Below, piece by piece: positions 29,648-32,000 of a DNA stretch of 32,000 nt. A model generated the notes under the pieces. The model made no database searches. It saw only the letters and a list, made by a program, of their open reading frames with translations, and was not told the DNA's origin. The position numbers were made by a program, and so were the translations under genes. Where the stretch lies: NCBI GenBank assembly GCA_963676105.1, contig OY781039.1, positions 360,001 to 392,000 of the forward strand, read 5' to 3'. Every line of letters starts with the position of its first letter. Position 1 is the stretch's first letter. This DNA comes from Erysipelotrichaceae bacterium (lineage in GTDB: Bacteria > Bacillota_I > Bacilli_A > Erysipelotrichales > Erysipelotrichaceae).

Positions 29648-29679
29648 AAGACATTCATAAGGGATGTCTTTCTTCATTT
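29648..29679 (+). terminator. Probable intrinsic terminator
   Basis: AAGACAT (29648-54), 9-nt loop, ATGTCTT (29664-70), then TCTTCATTT, which is an interrupted T tract. Confidence 0.5.
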
Positions 29680-29717
29680 CAGGCGTATAATTAAAGTATA
29701 AGGAGGATGTGAATTAT

Positions 29718-30251
29718 ATGAAACTCCACATTCATGGTAAAAATGTTACCATAACCCAAGCCATGCACGACACGACTGAAAAGAAATTGTCAATGCTAGA
29801 AAAGTTCTTCCAAATTGATGAAGAAACAAATGCCAATGTTACAGTCAAAGTGTACAACAACTCCCTAAAGGTAGAAATCACAATTTTTACCAAAGTTGGC
29901 GTACTACGCGCTGAAATACGTAATCCTGATTACTACAATGCCTTAGATCTCGCGATGGATAAACTCGAAGATCAAATTAGAAGACAAAAAACACGATTAT
30001 CTCGTAAACATAATGAAAAACTATCAAAGAAATTTGTTGAAGAGGCTATCCAAGCTGTTGAAAATGATGAAGCGGGTGAAGTTGTTCGTACTAAGACCGT
30101 TGATGCTGAGGAAATGTCCTTAGATGATGCGATTATGCAAATGGAAATGTTAGGACACTCATTCTTCATTTATACAGATGAGGAAGATAAAACAATCTCA
30201 GTTGTCTATAAACGCTTAGACGGTGGATATGGCCTACTAGAAACAGCTTAA
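29718..30251 (+). CDS. hpf: Ribosome hibernation-promoting factor (long form)
   Basis: S30AE/YfiA N-domain 'MKLHIHGKNVTITQAMHDTTEKKL', a linker, and a C-terminal dimerisation domain 'MSLDDAIMQMEMLGHSFFIYTDEEDKTISVVYKRLDGGYGLLE'. SD AAGGAGG lies at 29700-06 and TATAAT at 29686-91. Confidence 0.9.
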   Translation: MKLHIHGKNVTITQAMHDTTEKKLSMLEKFFQIDEETNANVTVKVYNNSLKVEITIFTKVGVLRAEIRNPDYYNALDLAMDKLEDQIRRQKTRLSRKHNEKLSKKFVEEAIQAVENDEAGEVVRTKTVDAEEMSLDDAIMQMEMLGHSFFIYTDEEDKTISVVYKRLDGGYGLLETA

Positions 30252-30260
30252 ATAAGTTCT

Positions 30261-30290
30261 AAAATCGGGTGCGTTGCATCCGATTTTATT
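30261..30290 (+). terminator. Intrinsic terminator
   Basis: AAAATCGGGTGC (30261-72), loop GTT, GCATCCGATTTT (30276-87) with one G-U pair, then ATT. The downstream extended -10 box TGTTATAAT (30290-98) serves sepF. Confidence 0.8.
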
Positions 30291-30330
30291 GTTATAATGT
30301 GAGTATTGATGAATATAGAGGTGAATAATT

Positions 30331-30720
30331 ATGGGCATCATGGATAAGATTAAAAATTTTACAGCTCCTGTTGAAGATGAGTTGGAGTTTGACGAAGAAG
30401 ATTTACCGCTAAGTGACTATGAGGCACCTGCCAATAAAAGTTTTACAAAAGTAGCGAGTGATACAAAAATGGTTCTTTTTGAGCCTAGATCATTTGATGA
30501 AGCAGAAGATATTGCACGGCATTTAAAAGACAAAAGAGCAGCTGTTGTTAATTTACATCGATTAAATCGTGAGTTTTCACAACGTACAATTGATTTTTTA
30601 ACAGGTGTTATTTTCGCTTTAGATGGTTCAATTCAAAAGATTGGTGCTAATGTTATTTTATGTGCACCTAAAGGTGTTGGTGTTCATGGAAAAATCCAAG
30701 TTGACGCATCTGACGAGTAA
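30331..30720 (+). CDS. sepF: Cell division protein SepF
   Basis: SepF/DUF552 core 'MVLFEPRSFDEAEDIARHLKDKRAAVVNLHRLNREFSQRTIDFLTGVIFALDGSIQKIGANVILCAP'. SD AGAGGTG lies upstream. Confidence 0.9.
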   Translation: MGIMDKIKNFTAPVEDELEFDEEDLPLSDYEAPANKSFTKVASDTKMVLFEPRSFDEAEDIARHLKDKRAAVVNLHRLNREFSQRTIDFLTGVIFALDGSIQKIGANVILCAPKGVGVHGKIQVDASDE

Positions 30721-30733
30721 TTAGGAAAAGATA

Positions 30734-31279
30734 ATGGACGAAAAGCAAGCAAAGTTTCGAATACTTAAAAAAGGATATGATCGATTTGCGGTTGATAATG
30801 AAATTGACCGCTTAACTTTTGACTTGCAACAAAAGGAACAACAATTAGCTTCTTATATGAAAGAAGCACAAGCAGCTTCTGATCAGTTATTGCTTATTAA
30901 AGAACGCTATCATTCACTGATGAGTGAAATAAATGTTCGTGAGAAAGCGGCTGATGATATTGCACGCTTAGCTTTACGTGAAGCCAATGCTGTTATTGCT
31001 TCTGCACAAAACAATGCAGATACAATATTAAAAGAAGCATTAAGCACGGCTAAAATGGTTTTAGTAGAGATTGCGCGAATATCTGGTGAAGCAAAAGAAG
31101 TTAAAGCAGATATGAAAGAAAAGCTTGAAGCCTTGACTCTAAGCCTAGAAGCGTTTAAAATTCCTAGTGTTCCAGCATTAAAAATGATGGATATTGTTAA
31201 CAGTAAACAAGACGCGCCACAATTCTTGGATCCACAAGAGAGCTCTGATAAAGCTGAAACAGAGCGTGAAGAGAATTGA
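30734..31279 (+). CDS. divIVA: DivIVA-domain protein
   Basis: N-terminal DivIVA motif 'FRILKKGYDRFAVDNEIDRL' followed by coiled coil. Its position between sepF and ileS matches the Bacillus dcw-distal cluster. The symbol is tentative, because GpsB/DivIVA paralogues are not distinguishable here. Confidence 0.75.
   Translation: MDEKQAKFRILKKGYDRFAVDNEIDRLTFDLQQKEQQLASYMKEAQAASDQLLLIKERYHSLMSEINVREKAADDIARLALREANAVIASAQNNADTILKEALSTAKMVLVEIARISGEAKEVKADMKEKLEALTLSLEAFKIPSVPALKMMDIVNSKQDAPQFLDPQESSDKAETEREEN
31133..31161 (+). promoter_or_regulatory. Near-consensus sigma-A promoter internal to the divIVA-like ORF (probable ileS leader promoter)
   Basis: TTGACT (31133-38), 17-nt spacer, TAAAAT (31156-61). 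The predicted TSS is near 31168. Confidence 0.5.
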
Positions 31280-31403
31280 AGAGACATCACTTGTTATAAA
31301 TATTGTTCGTAAAACATGCGTTAAATGTTTTGAGTGCAAGATCTTATGGTCTTGAACTAAGGTGGTACCACGCAAAAGCGTCCTTAGATAGGGCGTTTTT
31401 TTT
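31168..31403 (+). promoter_or_regulatory. T-box riboswitch leader, isoleucine-specific (ileS)
   Basis: Stem I has these parts:
- AACAAG 31206-11 pairs with CTTGTT 31290-95.
- AATTCT 31221-26 pairs with AGAATT 31272-77.
- The AG bulge is AGAGA at 31237-41.
- The distal helix is GCTCTG 31242-47 with CAGAGC 31260-65, closed by loop AUAAAGCUGAAA.
- The specifier is AUC (31286-88) followed by A.
Downstream elements:
- An F-box-like ATGCGTTAAAT lies at 31316-26.
- Stem III pairs CAAGA 31337-41 with TCTTG 31350-54.
- The T-box core AACTAAGGTGGTACCACG lies at 31355-72.
- The antiterminator pairs AAGG 31359-62 with CCTT 31382-85.
- The terminator spans 31374-31403 and ends in a T8 run. Confidence 0.85.
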
Positions 31404-31423
31404 ATTTAAAAGGAGATTACGTG

Positions 31424-32000
31424 ATGGATTACAAAGATACCTTATTAATGCCAAAAACAGAATTTGAAATGAGAGGGAACTTAATAAAAAAAGAACCTGC
31501 ATTTCAAAAACGTTGGGCAGATTTAGACTTATATGTCGCAATGCAAGAAAAAAACAAAGATAAGACCCCTTATGTTTTACATGATGGTCCGCCATATGCC
31601 AATGGAAATATTCATATTGGTCATGCGATGAACCGTACACTTAAAGATTTAGTTTGGCGTTCACACTTTCATATGGGTTATTCTTCACGTTTTGTTCCAG
31701 GATGGGATACACATGGTTTACCAATCGAAACAGCAATCACTAAATTAGGTCACAATCGAAAAGAAATGTCACTTGCTGCATTTAGAGAGCTTTGTGATGT
31801 TTATGCACGTGAACAAATCCAAAAACAAATGGATGATATGAAAGCCTTAGGAACTATTGCTGACTATGATCATTTCTATGCAACACTTCAACCTGAATTT
31901 GAAGGACGTCAAATTGAAATCTTCGGCAAGATGGCGATGGATGGTTTAATCTATAAAGGTTTAAAACCTGTTTATTGGTCACCATCATCTGAATCAGCTT
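31424..32000 (+). CDS. ileS: Isoleucine--tRNA ligase (5' partial, continues past the window end)
   Basis: My translation gives '[20 protein letters not shown]...[20 protein letters not shown]...[10 protein letters not shown]', which includes the HIGH motif. SD AGGAG lies at 31411-15. The ORF is absent from the track because there is no stop in the window. Confidence 0.95.
   Translation, partial: MDYKDTLLMPKTEFEMRGNLIKKEPAFQKRWADLDLYVAMQEKNKDKTPYVLHDGPPYANGNIHIGHAMNRTLKDLVWRSHFHMGYSSRFVPGWDTHGLPIETAITKLGHNRKEMSLAAFRELCDVYAREQIQKQMDDMKALGTIADYDHFYATLQPEFEGRQIEIFGKMAMDGLIYKGLKPVYWSPSSESA

Noticed and set aside
30910-31290. 126-aa minus-strand ORF, and similar antisense ORFs at 597-842, 4622-4909, 14052-14321, 19479-19775, 25534-25791 and 31344-31640
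   Set aside because: Each lies wholly antisense to a well-supported, motif-bearing gene (divIVA-like, XRE, HAD, typA/tgt, valS, ald, ileS). They have low-complexity Ser/Leu/Ile-rich translations with no SD or family motifs. These are typical shadow ORFs in AT-rich DNA.
31293-31301. Extended -10-like TGTTATAAA just downstream of the divIVA-like stop, considered as the ileS promoter
   Set aside because: A start here would leave only ~50 nt before the T-box core and would exclude the Stem I, AG-bulge and AUC specifier elements found upstream. The sequence is instead the 3' arm of Stem I. An internal promoter at 31133-61 fits a normal leader length better. I cannot exclude it as a secondary promoter.

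Overview
This is an AT-rich, gene-dense chromosomal window that looks like core genome of a low-GC Gram-positive (Bacillota-type) organism. That placement is an inference from three things: sepF-divIVA-ileS synteny, T-box leaders on valS and ileS, and a long-form hpf. TGA is used as a stop and Trp is TGG, so translation table 11 fits rather than the Mollicutes table 4.

Gene order, left to right:
- DUF2975-like membrane protein plus small XRE/YozG-like regulator
- PII-like protein plus cation/H+ antiporter (minus strand)
- cupin
- APH-family kinase (minus strand)
- orphan promoter-terminator unit (candidate sRNA)
- Cof-type HAD phosphatase plus a 121-aa unknown
- metallophosphoesterase, 82-aa coiled-coil protein, beta-hydroxyacid dehydrogenase
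- gnd, zwf, patatin-like lipase
- mutY (minus strand)
- typA-tgt-queA-queH
- T-box and valS
- ppdK
- two-domain VOC/dioxygenase-like protein (minus strand)
- lactonase (pgl-like)
- tandem-DUF1543 protein
- ald, DUF2779 (Cas4-like plus DEDD exonuclease-like), Zn-PLC-like protein, M19 dipeptidase
- hpf, sepF, DivIVA-domain protein
- T-box and the 5' end of ileS

I saw no tRNA or rRNA genes, CRISPR array, transposase, integrase or phage genes, and no recognisable defence island.

The most interesting items are modest:
1. The ileS T-box leader has its promoter and whole Stem I (AUC specifier) embedded in the 3' end of the divIVA-like ORF.
2. A roughly 120-nt promoter-to-terminator unit at about 3.84-3.99 kb has no ORF.
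3. A PII-like protein is coupled to an antiporter that lacks an RCK domain.
4. A four-gene overlapping block links ald to a predicted dual nuclease, a PLC-like protein and a dipeptidase.
5. A hairpin cluster sits between mutY and typA.

All product calls come from motif recognition by eye. No database search was run.
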